This document shows, piece after piece, positions 39,123-49,338 of a stretch of DNA of 64,000 bases. The translations under genes and the position numbers were made by a program. A model generated the notes under the pieces. That model was not told the DNA's origin and did not search any database. It saw nothing but the letters and a program-made list of their open reading frames with translations. Position 1 is the first letter of the stretch, and every line of letters begins with the position of its first letter. Origin of the DNA: an uncultured Gammaproteobacteria bacterium (GTDB lineage: Bacteria; Patescibacteriota; Patescibacteriia; Magasanikbacterales; UBA922); assembly GCA_964522435.1 (NCBI GenBank), contig CAZFUL010000004.1, positions 54,360 to 118,359 on the forward strand, read 5' to 3'.

Positions 39123-42100
39123 ATGAGAAAATTGTTTCCTGTTGCTCTTGTCTGTCTTTTTATCATCATGCAATTGTTTGGGGTATTTTTATTTGCCCAA
39201 CCAGCAAAAGCAGTATTTGGTGCAGGAGATATATCTTTTGATCCTCAAGCCTGGATACAACGAGAGAAGCATTATGCCGGAGATAAAGTAGAAGCAACCG
39301 TTACAGAGAGTGTTTTGTCTGCGGTCATGGGTTCTTTATTACATGCAACATCCTACTTTACGAGAAAATTGGCCTATGACGCAGCACTCTATGTTGCCTA
39401 TGGGGGAAAAGGACAAGGGTCGTTAGCCTACAAAGAGGGGGCGGCTGCGTATTTTGAAAAAGTGTCTAAAGATACGGCGGCAGATGCTATTGGTGAGTTG
39501 GGAAAACCATTTGGTTTAAATTTGTGTCAGATTCCCGATCTTCGCTTAAATATTTTTCTTCAAGTTGGCTTATCTAACCGATTTGCCGTAGAACCCACCC
39601 CCAATTGTCGCTGGCAAGATTTAAAAGAAGGCGGTATTTTTGATGGGGCTGCCTGGGTACAACGTTATGGAACAGAAGAGGGATTAGCAGAAACCTTTAG
39701 TGCGACCTTAAGTGTTGATAATACTGATTTTGGTATTGCCCTAGGCGCCATTGGACAAATTAGTGATTTGCAAGCGGGCGCAGAAGCAGCAGCGCGTCAA
39801 GACAGAACAGAAGGGCAAGGCTTTAAACCGTTGACCAGTCTTATTTCAGGTGATATTAAAACTCCCGCACAAATTGTGCGAGAAGAAACAAATGCGTTGA
39901 CGGCAAAACATCAAGGAGAATTATCTGCTGGGCAAATTGCCGGTATTTATGGCAGTGGGTTAAAGCAAGTTCCTGCCATGGCCGCGTCTGTCTTTTTAAA
40001 TAGTTTAACAGCAACATTATTAAATCGTTTACTCACAGAAGGGTTATTTCCAGAAGGAAGTGATGCGCCGGGCTTTCAATCAGGGGTGTTTTCATATACC
40101 TCGTCGCCATTTACGCAAAATTCACGAGCAAGAAATGCGTTTAGCTTTTTATTAACTATTCGACCAGAACAGTTAACTAACTTTAACATTGTGGCAGAAT
40201 TTGCCGCATGTCCAGAACACCCTGGGTTAAATAATTGTGTTATTGATAGTGACTTACAACAAGCCTTGGTTCAAGCAAAATCTGGGACTCCCATGACAAT
40301 TCAGGAGGCAATAGATATTGGCTATTTAAATAAAGATTGGCCCCTTATTTCACCACGCAATAATCAACATACCATTGAAAATTGCCAAGTGGGAAGATAT
40401 TGCTATTCCAATATTCAAAAAATGAGAAAAGTTCGCATCTTGCCTTTGGGATTTGAAATTGCAGCATTGCGTTCTGATCCAGATAATCCCTGGACATTAG
40501 GTCAAGTGGTACAAGGATTTGAAAAATGTAGACGAGATGACCCAAATAATCCAGATGCAATAACACCTGATCCTGCGTTTCCTTTTTGTCATTTAATTAA
40601 TCCAAATTGGACAATTGCGGTACCGTCAACTCGTTGTGAATTAAATACCTATGGTCCACAATTACATGCAGAAGATTCTCCAAGTCGTCGTCGAGAATGT
40701 ATGGATATCTCTACCTGTTTGGCAAAAGGGCCAAATGGAGAATGTATTGATCATGGCTACTGTACAAAAGAAAAAAATGTTTGGGATTTAAATGCGGATA
40801 CTTGTCCTGCGTATTACAATAGTTGTGATACCTATACAAACACGGAAGATCGTTTTATTGCGTCATATTTAACACGCAGTTTAGATTTTGGTCAATGTAC
40901 TGCTGACACGGTAGGCTGTCGCGCATTTAGTTTAGAACAAATTGCCGAAGATAATTGGGAATCTTCTGCAGCGGACCGTCGATTAGCCTATGTTGCACAA
41001 GGAAGAAACGAACGGATTCACTTTACCGATGCGATTACTGCCATCAGTTCTGTTTGTAGTGCCGCAAGTGATGGTTGTCGTGCGTTTATCCCTGCCGCGC
41101 GTTATATTAATGGTTTGTTTGTTCAAAATGAACAAGGCGCATATCAACAACAAGAGGATACAAGTACGTTATTGCACTTGAAACGGGCACCAGACTATTT
41201 GGGTTGTTATGATACCAATAGAGCAGCGAATTCTCCAGAAATTAATTGGCCAACAACGGTACAAGAAGCACAAAATGTTGTTGCGCAAGATGCTCGATGT
41301 GATGCGTATGCGTCTGTTTGTGTGGAAGAAGAAGTTGGTTGTTCTGCCTATCAACCAACAGAAGGTGGTGTAGAAATACCTGGTGTTATTGGGGCACAAA
41401 ATGTTTGTGATGCAAGTTGTGTTGGGTATGATACCTTTAAACAATTGGGCTATGCTGATGTGGGACAAGGATTTGAAGATCCGGTATTTCCCTTGTACTT
41501 TATTCCTCGTATTGCAGAAGAACAAATGGCAGCACAAGGAACAATTTGTAGCGCAGAATTTGTTGGCTGTGACGAATTTACCAATCTCGATACTGTTGCA
41601 AATGGGGGAGAAGGCTTAGAATATTACACGTCGTTAACCCATTGTGAACAGCCAAGTGCTGATGGGGCAAATAGTCGGGTGTATTATTCTTGGGAAGGGT
41701 CTGTTCGTGAAGGATTCTTATTACAAACACATCGCGTTAAACCGATTGATGAACGAGATTTGAGTTATATTCAAGATACCTTAGAAATAGACGTTGACTT
41801 TAATTATTCTTTGGGTTCACCCATGTATGCGAATGATTCTCGCGATGCGCTTGCTAGTGCGTCTGCGCGTTGTAATGAACAAACCTATAACCTAAAAATA
41901 AATAATCCAGGTGATCTTAATAGTGCTCCAGATAACTGTCATGCGCTGTATGACACCGATGGGAATGTTTTTTATCGATTGGTTGGAGAATTAGTTGTGG
42001 TTTCTGATGCCTGTCATGCACTCCGAAAAACAGAGCCAGAAATTTATGCAGATACCACATTAGAACAACGTAGCTGTAGTGCTGATCGTGGAGAATGGAA

Positions 42101-45100
42101 TGCTGCAGAAAATAGTTGTACCCGTTGTGTGGGTGGTGGTGAATATCGTAATGGTGCTTGTATTTATTGGACTATTTCTGATACAACAACACAGTCACAA
42201 TCTTGTCCTGCACAAGCAAATGAATGTCGCGCGTATGCAGGAAACAATGCAGGAAATAGGGTAAATATTTTATCGCAACTTTTTGAACCAAGTAGTGAAG
42301 ATGCCAATGCCTTAGTGCAAGCCCAAGATGGATGGGAAGGATTAGTGGGCTCTGTGGTACGGGTTGTTTCTGATGCTAGTGATGTAGGGCTGCATTCATT
42401 ATTGTTAGAACAGGGCCGAGCGCGTATGCCATTATCTCCAACGAGCACGCCAGGACTGGTAAGTAATCAACGCTATGAAATAACGTTTTGGGCGCGCGGA
42501 GATGCGGGAACCATTCGTTTAGACGTCGTACAAAATAATAATCGACTTGCTACCTTTGCAGAGCAGGTGAGTATTGGAAATTCTTGGAATCGCTATCGTG
42601 TGGGACCTATTGATATTGGCACTATTGCCTCTGATCAACCGCTGTATTTGGTTATTACACCAAATGATGGAAACAACCGAGTATTTTTAGATACCTTTGT
42701 CTTTACTCGTATTCAAGATGTTGTGTACCTTACCAAGGATTCTTGGAAAACACCCGAAGGCTACAATGCGCCACTGTTGTGTGATGCGGTTCCCCAAGAT
42801 ACGCTTCCTGGCGAAGCATTGGGTTGTCGTTCGTATCAAGAAGTAAACGCAAAAGGGGTAAGCCGGTATGCAACTGGTTTTGAACGACTCTGTCGTGAAA
42901 AAGCGGTTGGTTGTATGCCCGTATGGGACACCTACAATACGGTAAGTGGGGAATCACCAGAGTTACCTCATGTGTATAATGTGTGGTGTGCGGGTAACGA
43001 AGGCGCAAATTGTGAAATTCGGGTAAATAATATTTTGCTTGGCGCTTGTGTTGTTGAACGTGGTTCAGTAAATAACGACGGGCAAAGTGGTTGTTATATT
43101 CGAGATAATGATAGTTTGGATATTGCCTTACCTCAAGGCATCACGATTGCGAATTTGCCTGCGGGATCTGTAAGTGATTCAACGGTGTACATTCCTGCGG
43201 ATACGCCAAGCTCAACACCCCTCTTTTTAGCGAATACAGAAAAACATCGTTGTCAGGAGTCTCAATTAGGTTGTGAACTAACCGGCGCAGAGCAACAATT
43301 ATTACCAGATCCAACGGTTGCTGTTTCTTATGAACACCAAGAAACACGAATAAAAAATGATCCTGCTTCATATAATGAGGTACTATGTAACGATACCTTA
43401 ATTGGTTGTGGAGAATTTGACCATGCGGGAGCACGCTCATTTTTTAGAGATCCCCGCTTTACTGGGAATGCTCTTTGTTCGTATCGAGAACAAAGCGACG
43501 ATGGACAAAATTATGGTTGGTATATTAATGACCAAAGTGTTGGTCGCTGTAGTCAGAGCGATACGCTTTGTCGTGAAGATGGAGACTGTTCTGGCGCAAA
43601 CGATCTTTGTGTGAGTAAGGGCAATGTTGCTTGTTATGACGATTTTGTTCAACGTGGTGGAGAATTTGGATTACGCAGTAATGGCTCTCCCGAGTACGCA
43701 GGCTTTGTTGGTACTTGCCCTGCGCAGTTTAACGAATGTACCCAATTGGTTGATCCAGAAGATACCTCAAATATTAATCCCAAAGGCCAACCGTACTATG
43801 TGGTATTTAACGATAAAATCACCAACAGATTAGGACAATGTAATACCGTCAGTCTAGAAGAGGGCTGTGTGTTATTTGATAAAACCGATGATCCAAATAA
43901 ATTGTATAATGCCTCAGCAACCTACGCATTGAGTACAACACAAGATCCTCCGTATGGCCCTGTTGCGCCAGTAACCACCGCAAGTAATAATGACCCAAGT
44001 AGTATTAATACGAACTTGTTATTAAAGGTAGATAGAGATAGAGCATGTAGTGAGTGGTTAGATTGTAAAAACTATGTTCCGGTTACTAATGCACAAGGAC
44101 AGCAAGAATTTTTGTGTTCACAGTATAAAGCCTGTGAAAAATTGAGCCCAGATGGTCGCTGTATTGGCTGGGTAGATGATTTAGCGACTCCAGAAGATAG
44201 AACACGAGCCACAGATCGCTTGACCTATGAACAATATATACAACGAGGCACGTCTTGGTATGCGGAAGAATTTAGTGGATATTCGTTATACGACAAATAT
44301 CAAATTACCAATTTAGCCCAACTTGCATTTAATTTTGAAGAATTAAACGACGACGTTGCTGCCGCGCTTGTGCCAGTAACAAATGAAACATTTATTGCTC
44401 GTGTGCTCGATGATCGGTTATTCCGTTATAACAATGCGGAAGATTTGGACTGTATTGATGAAACCGTGACCTCAACAGATTGGCTCTCCTGTGGATTTGA
44501 CAATCAAGGGTTATGTTATAGAAAAAAATGTGTGTATCCAATAGATGGTGGCTTTGGTTTGGATGAGGTTGATACCACAAATGTGGCAGATATTCAGCGA
44601 TCACTCAACTTGCTTGAAGCAAACTCATGTAAAGGTTTCCCTGAAGAAGAAAGTCCTTTTTCTCAACGGATTATTCCTCCAGGAGGCATTCTTGATAGAG
44701 TATCTCAGTATGGCCTGAGAAAAGAGTTTGTCAAATACAATCAGGGATATGCGAATATTAATGTTTGCCAAAGTGGTGAATGTTCTTGTGAGTATCAAAA
44801 GGTATCATACAATCATGGCGTTGTTGATTATATTTCGTTTAATGACGCTGCGCAATCAACAATTGTTGGAATTTGTTCCGGAGGAGACGCGACTACTGCG
44901 GGATTACCCTGTACTCGTGATAGTGAATGTATTGGGCGAGGGGCAGCGAATCAGGGTGATGTTGCTCAAACAGGGACCTGTAATTTAGTGCGCGAAACAC
45001 AAAGTGTCTTTGGCTTACGTGGCTTTTGTTTAGAGCGAGACCTTTCTCGTCCATCTCCAGTGGACCCAAGTGGTTATGAATGTCTTACCTGGTTACCAGT

Positions 45101-48100
45101 ACAAACCTCTGTTGGTCGTGCTGATATCTTTAACAGTTCATTAAGTGCGGGATATAACCCGACTCTTGATGCAGAATCTGGATTTGGAAAATTATATTGT
45201 AGTAATGGAAGTACCTACGAACGAGTAAATGCACAAGATAATGAACGTATTGTGGATGCGTTACGAGATATTGCAGGGAATGTGGCAAATAGTGAAACCA
45301 TATTTCCTCCACATAATATCACCACCTGTCAGGTAGACGCAGATGGACAATTTGGTGGCGCTGAACCGCCAACAGCATTTCATAGTTGGAATTGTGGCGC
45401 GGATGATGATAATGGTATGCCTGTATCATTTTTAACCTCTTGGGCGAGAAAATATTTGGATGTTTCTGCACAAGTGTTGCGTATTGAAACACCAATTACC
45501 ACACCAGAAGATGGAAAATTCTATAATGTGCATGGAAATATTCCTAACTATAATCCCTTAAATGGCGGAAATGCTGGTGGTGGTTGTGGTTCCGGAGATG
45601 ACAACGGCAGTCCTGCCTGTACGATTCATAGTTTTGGACCCGTGAGCATTAACAATGTTCTTGATTACGGAACTATTATGCATCCCCCACGCTATTGGGA
45701 TACGCCCCGAGACAGTTTGCTGCAGTGTAGTGGACAAATGTGTATTGATACGACAGCAGCCTGTGATGATAAAAATAATCCAGATTGTTGGATTCGTTGT
45801 GGGAATGAAGTATTACAACCAGGATATAATGGCCCGTTAGAAGAGGTGGGTCCTCGTACTATTCCAGAATGTGGCTACTCATATAAATCATTCTATTACA
45901 CTACCGGAAGCGGTGTTACTGTGGCGTCTCATCCCTTATCACCAGAATTTGCCATGTACCAAAGTAACCGTCCTGCAAATGATCCAGAACTCGATGATTA
46001 TGTGACTGATGCGCGAGGAAATAGTATTTTGAATCGCCAAGACATAGAAAGCGTGATAACAGAAAAAGAATTAAATCGCGTGTATTTCTTGATTACCGGG
46101 TTTCCCCATAATGCAGATGGTCGATTTCCTACGATTATGAGTGATCGGGTGTACCTTGACTTTTTGAAACTACAAGAACAAGGGCATGATATTCGGCCAA
46201 AATCTGTTCCTGTTGCGGATGGGCGAGAACAATATTTTCCATTGCTCAACAATGATTTTGTGGATGGATCTGTTTACAGTTATTTGTTAACCACGGAAAA
46301 CGGCGGTACCTTTACCTATGATGATTATGATGATTTAAATCAATTAAATGGTCATTTAGTTTCGTTAAAAGATCTTGAGCGTAATCGTATACACCATCGC
46401 TATGTCATGATCTATCATAAAGATGCGAATGAAGAGTTAGAAGGAAATTTGGGAGATGCGGGACGCATTCCGGATGTATTTAATGAGCGCAATACCGTAT
46501 GTGCAGAACGAAGTAGTAATTGGTTTGCCATTGGGATGGACTTTAATGAAGATGGTGAATTCTTGGGCTATATTACCCGGTTCTGTAATGGATTTGCGGC
46601 AAGAGTCGATGACGGAAATGGTATTCAATTTGCGGTGGTAGCAACTAAAAATGTGCAATGTCTAGAAATACAAGAAGTACATCGCTCCAGTGGGGTTAAT
46701 CCCTTACAAGATAGTACCAACAAAGCCTGGACAAATCGCTTGTGGGTCGGTGCCTTACAAACCCATCCAAGCAACAATTATCGTGGCATTGGAGCTGGGG
46801 TTCCGTTAAAAGAACAACAAGCAACGCCTTTTGGGTCATTAGCCATTCCATCAGCGGCGTTAGTTGAGGGACAATTATTTCCATTGAAAAATTATTACTT
46901 TGTTGATCCGGCAACTGATGGTATTCCTTATAGTTGTGGAAATGGAAATAGTGATGTGGATTGTTATTTACTGCGTAATGGAAATGAAAAACGCTTTAGT
47001 ACCTATCAATATCCACAAAACGTGGTGAGTATTCTTGATGGAAAAGGAGCAGCAGATGGTATTGCCGCAATTAACCAATTGTTTGCAAAATCATTTACCA
47101 TTTCTCGCTTACTAGAAGGACGGTTACGAACCGTTGCTGTTGGTACGGATATTTCGTATCAAGAAGGAATTGATGGGGGACGATTATTACCACAAGTATA
47201 TTCATTAAATCCGGTAACCTGTGCGCTCGGTCGTGATCATTGTACGCCGGCAGAAGCCAATGCCTTTTCATTAGGCAGACGAAATGGGGTGGCGAATGCG
47301 GATTATGATAATAATGGCATTCCAGACGAAGATAGTGATGGAGATGGACAAGCGGATGCGCTCATTGAAACCTCTGGCAGTTATGTTGCGCAATTACGCT
47401 TCTTCGCCTTTGCAGATGATAATCGCATGCCGCTTCGTCGTATTATGATTGATTGGGGTGATGGAGAAGATATTACCAATGAAAGTATCAAAGGCTTATA
47501 TAAAAATAGAAAACCGGTGTGTGAGGTAAGTAATGATCCAGGCAAGAGTACCGTGGGATTATGTTTAACTGCAAATAATCGTCCAACCGGCATGACTTGT
47601 AGTGATACGCAAGCCTGTATTGTTGGTCAACGCTGTGCTTTACCGGATGAACTCGATCGTTTGGTAGCAGCAGGTACCTTATCTGCGGAGTATGGCAGTA
47701 AACGTTTTGGTAATTTAGAACGCAGTTGTGAACAGGGCAACTTTGATTATTATCACGAATATGTGTGTCAACAAAGTGATATTGAGGCACATGTCGCGTC
47801 TGTCTCTGCTGGTGGCATTGGCTTACCCTATGTCCGACAAGTGGGTGGGTTAGAGGATCAAGAACGCTTAAATGCCTTAGGCTTTACCAATCAAGACTAT
47901 GTTTGTGTGTTTCAACCCAAACTGCAAGTCATGGATAACTGGGGTTGGTGTACAGGCAGCTGTGTGCGGGATTATGATCGTAATGGAAATGAAATAGGTG
48001 CTCCTCAGGTAGGGTGTTATGAAAATTTTAGAGACCCCGAGGCTGCTATAATATTTCAATGTTCATCTGATAATGTGGGTGGTCGTGATAATCCTTGGAT

Positions 48101-48155
48101 ATTATATAAAAATGAAATTATTGTTGCTCCGGCTCTTGAACCAGAAAGAGACTAA
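39123..48155 (+). CDS. Giant (~3,010 aa) secreted Cys-rich surface protein
   Basis: Single 9-kb ORF; signal peptide ending PAKA; recurring C-x6-C motifs; CBM-like segment (YEITFWARG...W.RY); IDWGDG PKD-like motif near the C-terminus. Confidence 0.85.
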   Translation: MRKLFPVALVCLFIIMQLFGVFLFAQPAKAVFGAGDISFDPQAWIQREKHYAGDKVEATVTESVLSAVMGSLLHATSYFTRKLAYDAALYVAYGGKGQGSLAYKEGAAAYFEKVSKDTAADAIGELGKPFGLNLCQIPDLRLNIFLQVGLSNRFAVEPTPNCRWQDLKEGGIFDGAAWVQRYGTEEGLAETFSATLSVDNTDFGIALGAIGQISDLQAGAEAAARQDRTEGQGFKPLTSLISGDIKTPAQIVREETNALTAKHQGELSAGQIAGIYGSGLKQVPAMAASVFLNSLTATLLNRLLTEGLFPEGSDAPGFQSGVFSYTSSPFTQNSRARNAFSFLLTIRPEQLTNFNIVAEFAACPEHPGLNNCVIDSDLQQALVQAKSGTPMTIQEAIDIGYLNKDWPLISPRNNQHTIENCQVGRYCYSNIQKMRKVRILPLGFEIAALRSDPDNPWTLGQVVQGFEKCRRDDPNNPDAITPDPAFPFCHLINPNWTIAVPSTRCELNTYGPQLHAEDSPSRRRECMDISTCLAKGPNGECIDHGYCTKEKNVWDLNADTCPAYYNSCDTYTNTEDRFIASYLTRSLDFGQCTADTVGCRAFSLEQIAEDNWESSAADRRLAYVAQGRNERIHFTDAITAISSVCSAASDGCRAFIPAARYINGLFVQNEQGAYQQQEDTSTLLHLKRAPDYLGCYDTNRAANSPEINWPTTVQEAQNVVAQDARCDAYASVCVEEEVGCSAYQPTEGGVEIPGVIGAQNVCDASCVGYDTFKQLGYADVGQGFEDPVFPLYFIPRIAEEQMAAQGTICSAEFVGCDEFTNLDTVANGGEGLEYYTSLTHCEQPSADGANSRVYYSWEGSVREGFLLQTHRVKPIDERDLSYIQDTLEIDVDFNYSLGSPMYANDSRDALASASARCNEQTYNLKINNPGDLNSAPDNCHALYDTDGNVFYRLVGELVVVSDACHALRKTEPEIYADTTLEQRSCSADRGEWNAAENSCTRCVGGGEYRNGACIYWTISDTTTQSQSCPAQANECRAYAGNNAGNRVNILSQLFEPSSEDANALVQAQDGWEGLVGSVVRVVSDASDVGLHSLLLEQGRARMPLSPTSTPGLVSNQRYEITFWARGDAGTIRLDVVQNNNRLATFAEQVSIGNSWNRYRVGPIDIGTIASDQPLYLVITPNDGNNRVFLDTFVFTRIQDVVYLTKDSWKTPEGYNAPLLCDAVPQDTLPGEALGCRSYQEVNAKGVSRYATGFERLCREKAVGCMPVWDTYNTVSGESPELPHVYNVWCAGNEGANCEIRVNNILLGACVVERGSVNNDGQSGCYIRDNDSLDIALPQGITIANLPAGSVSDSTVYIPADTPSSTPLFLANTEKHRCQESQLGCELTGAEQQLLPDPTVAVSYEHQETRIKNDPASYNEVLCNDTLIGCGEFDHAGARSFFRDPRFTGNALCSYREQSDDGQNYGWYINDQSVGRCSQSDTLCREDGDCSGANDLCVSKGNVACYDDFVQRGGEFGLRSNGSPEYAGFVGTCPAQFNECTQLVDPEDTSNINPKGQPYYVVFNDKITNRLGQCNTVSLEEGCVLFDKTDDPNKLYNASATYALSTTQDPPYGPVAPVTTASNNDPSSINTNLLLKVDRDRACSEWLDCKNYVPVTNAQGQQEFLCSQYKACEKLSPDGRCIGWVDDLATPEDRTRATDRLTYEQYIQRGTSWYAEEFSGYSLYDKYQITNLAQLAFNFEELNDDVAAALVPVTNETFIARVLDDRLFRYNNAEDLDCIDETVTSTDWLSCGFDNQGLCYRKKCVYPIDGGFGLDEVDTTNVADIQRSLNLLEANSCKGFPEEESPFSQRIIPPGGILDRVSQYGLRKEFVKYNQGYANINVCQSGECSCEYQKVSYNHGVVDYISFNDAAQSTIVGICSGGDATTAGLPCTRDSECIGRGAANQGDVAQTGTCNLVRETQSVFGLRGFCLERDLSRPSPVDPSGYECLTWLPVQTSVGRADIFNSSLSAGYNPTLDAESGFGKLYCSNGSTYERVNAQDNERIVDALRDIAGNVANSETIFPPHNITTCQVDADGQFGGAEPPTAFHSWNCGADDDNGMPVSFLTSWARKYLDVSAQVLRIETPITTPEDGKFYNVHGNIPNYNPLNGGNAGGGCGSGDDNGSPACTIHSFGPVSINNVLDYGTIMHPPRYWDTPRDSLLQCSGQMCIDTTAACDDKNNPDCWIRCGNEVLQPGYNGPLEEVGPRTIPECGYSYKSFYYTTGSGVTVASHPLSPEFAMYQSNRPANDPELDDYVTDARGNSILNRQDIESVITEKELNRVYFLITGFPHNADGRFPTIMSDRVYLDFLKLQEQGHDIRPKSVPVADGREQYFPLLNNDFVDGSVYSYLLTTENGGTFTYDDYDDLNQLNGHLVSLKDLERNRIHHRYVMIYHKDANEELEGNLGDAGRIPDVFNERNTVCAERSSNWFAIGMDFNEDGEFLGYITRFCNGFAARVDDGNGIQFAVVATKNVQCLEIQEVHRSSGVNPLQDSTNKAWTNRLWVGALQTHPSNNYRGIGAGVPLKEQQATPFGSLAIPSAALVEGQLFPLKNYYFVDPATDGIPYSCGNGNSDVDCYLLRNGNEKRFSTYQYPQNVVSILDGKGAADGIAAINQLFAKSFTISRLLEGRLRTVAVGTDISYQEGIDGGRLLPQVYSLNPVTCALGRDHCTPAEANAFSLGRRNGVANADYDNNGIPDEDSDGDGQADALIETSGSYVAQLRFFAFADDNRMPLRRIMIDWGDGEDITNESIKGLYKNRKPVCEVSNDPGKSTVGLCLTANNRPTGMTCSDTQACIVGQRCALPDELDRLVAAGTLSAEYGSKRFGNLERSCEQGNFDYYHEYVCQQSDIEAHVASVSAGGIGLPYVRQVGGLEDQERLNALGFTNQDYVCVFQPKLQVMDNWGWCTGSCVRDYDRNGNEIGAPQVGCYENFRDPEAAIIFQCSSDNVGGRDNPWILYKNEIIVAPALEPERD

Positions 48156-48161
48156 CAAAAT

Positions 48162-48190
48162 AAAAAATCCCGATTCAATCGGGATTTTTT
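48162..48190. terminator. Bidirectional intrinsic terminator
   Basis: AAAAAATCCCGAT-tca-ATCGGGATTTTTT. Confidence 0.88.
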
Positions 48191-48269
48191 ATAGGACAGA
48201 ACAGAAAATAGCTTTTCTCCTTTGTCCTTTCTCCCGCCACAGTGTTGTGGCGGGGGTTGCAGAAGAGCA

Positions 48270-48842
48270 CTACTCGGACATCGAGCAGGTGGCTTCTGCA
48301 GTCATTGTGGGTCGTTCCGCGAAGATGGGTGGTCCATTGGGGCTATCGCGATGAAAGTCCCAGGTACAGTCCACGTCTTCATTCAACGAGAGCCATCCAT
48401 ATCGAGGCGTGGCTTGAGCAGAGTGGCCACAATACGCCCATCCTTCACGCAAAGTGGTGGTTGGGCACATGCAGGCCTCTCCTTCGCCGTTGTTGTCGCT
48501 GTCGAGCTGGTCGGGGTTCGGCACCTCGGGGCAGTTGTCGCAGGCATCGCCTACGCCATCACCGTCCGTGTCGGTCTGGTCGGGGTCGGGGTCGGCGGGA
48601 CAAATGTCCTCGCCGTCCTCGATCCCATCCGCGTCGTCATCGGGGGGCGGTGGCGGGGGGCAGTCTTCGCTGCACTCCGGGGGAGTGACGAGACAGCCTT
48701 GGGCTTCGTCCGCCTTGCCGTTGCAGTTGTCGACGGGGGGCATGGTGACCCCCCGACGCGGCTCGGAGGGGTCACCCTCGTCGCCGCAGCCACTGATGAC
48801 CGCCCCGAGCAGGGCGGCCAGAACCAGCGCAAAATAGCGCAT
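48270..48842 (-). CDS. GC-rich lipoprotein with thrombospondin type-3 repeats
   Basis: [19 protein letters not shown] lipobox; [41 protein letters not shown]; AAGGAGG 5 nt upstream of ATG; 43 of 60 nt are G+C at 48541-48600. Confidence 0.85.
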   Translation of the reverse strand: MRYFALVLAALLGAVISGCGDEGDPSEPRRGVTMPPVDNCNGKADEAQGCLVTPPECSEDCPPPPPPDDDADGIEDGEDICPADPDPDQTDTDGDGVGDACDNCPEVPNPDQLDSDNNGEGEACMCPTTTLREGWAYCGHSAQATPRYGWLSLNEDVDCTWDFHRDSPNGPPIFAERPTMTAEATCSMSE

Positions 48843-48913
48843 GGTCGCCTCCTTGCCGTGTCGTACACGGCGTTGCAATGGGCCCGGGGCTTCCGGGCAC
48901 AGGGAAATGAAAG

Positions 48914-48965
48914 GTATTATAGAAACATCGTCCATGAATTATTCATGCACATGTTTCTATAATAC
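48914..48965. repeat. 52-bp near-perfect palindrome
   Basis: GTATTATAGAAACAT (48914-48928) / ATGTTTCTATAATAC (48951-48965) with inner CATGAAT-T-ATTCATG. Confidence 0.85.
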
Positions 48966-49112
48966 GTTCAGTTCTCCTTAGTCGAAGAAGGCAACAACGA
49001 TAGAATTCTTTTATTGAAAAAGAACAAGAGGTAAAATTATTCTGTATAAATTAACTATTTCAGCAAAATTTGGCTTTGTCAAGCGCTTTTTATTGTTTTG
49101 TGGATAACTTGG

Positions 49113-49248
49113 TTACGAATCTACATCTGCCTGCCGGTAGGCAGGAATGAACACTCATTTACAAATAACTACAAATGTTCTTCGACAATATTCGTAGCCA
49201 TTTGTAGATTGGCATGTATTCGTATATTCGGAAATAGTAGATTCGTAA
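49113..49248. repeat. Palindromic element built from TACRAAT/ATTYGTA heptamers, containing a CTGCCTGCCGGTAGGCAG hairpin
   Basis: Terminal inverted repeat TTACGAATCTAC / GTAGATTCGTAA; internal TACAAAT x2 opposite ATTCGTA/ATTTGTA copies. Confidence 0.7.
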
Positions 49249-49338
49249 ACTGTCTGTATGTTTATACACTGCATACCTATGCGACCTATTCTGCCCCATT
49301 CGCTTATGTGCTATACTAGACACAGCTAACTGTTTTCC

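Noticed and set aside
48222-48962. Plus-strand ORFs 48222-48962, 48242-48688 and 48454-48837
   Set aside because: Antisense shadows of the GC-rich TSP3 lipoprotein gene
49099-49107. DnaA box as oriC
   Set aside because: Only one perfect box noticed; no cluster and no dnaA/dnaN nearby
49113-49248. CRISPR array
   Set aside because: Repeats are 7-mers in inverted arrangement with no constant repeat-spacer period; no cas genes
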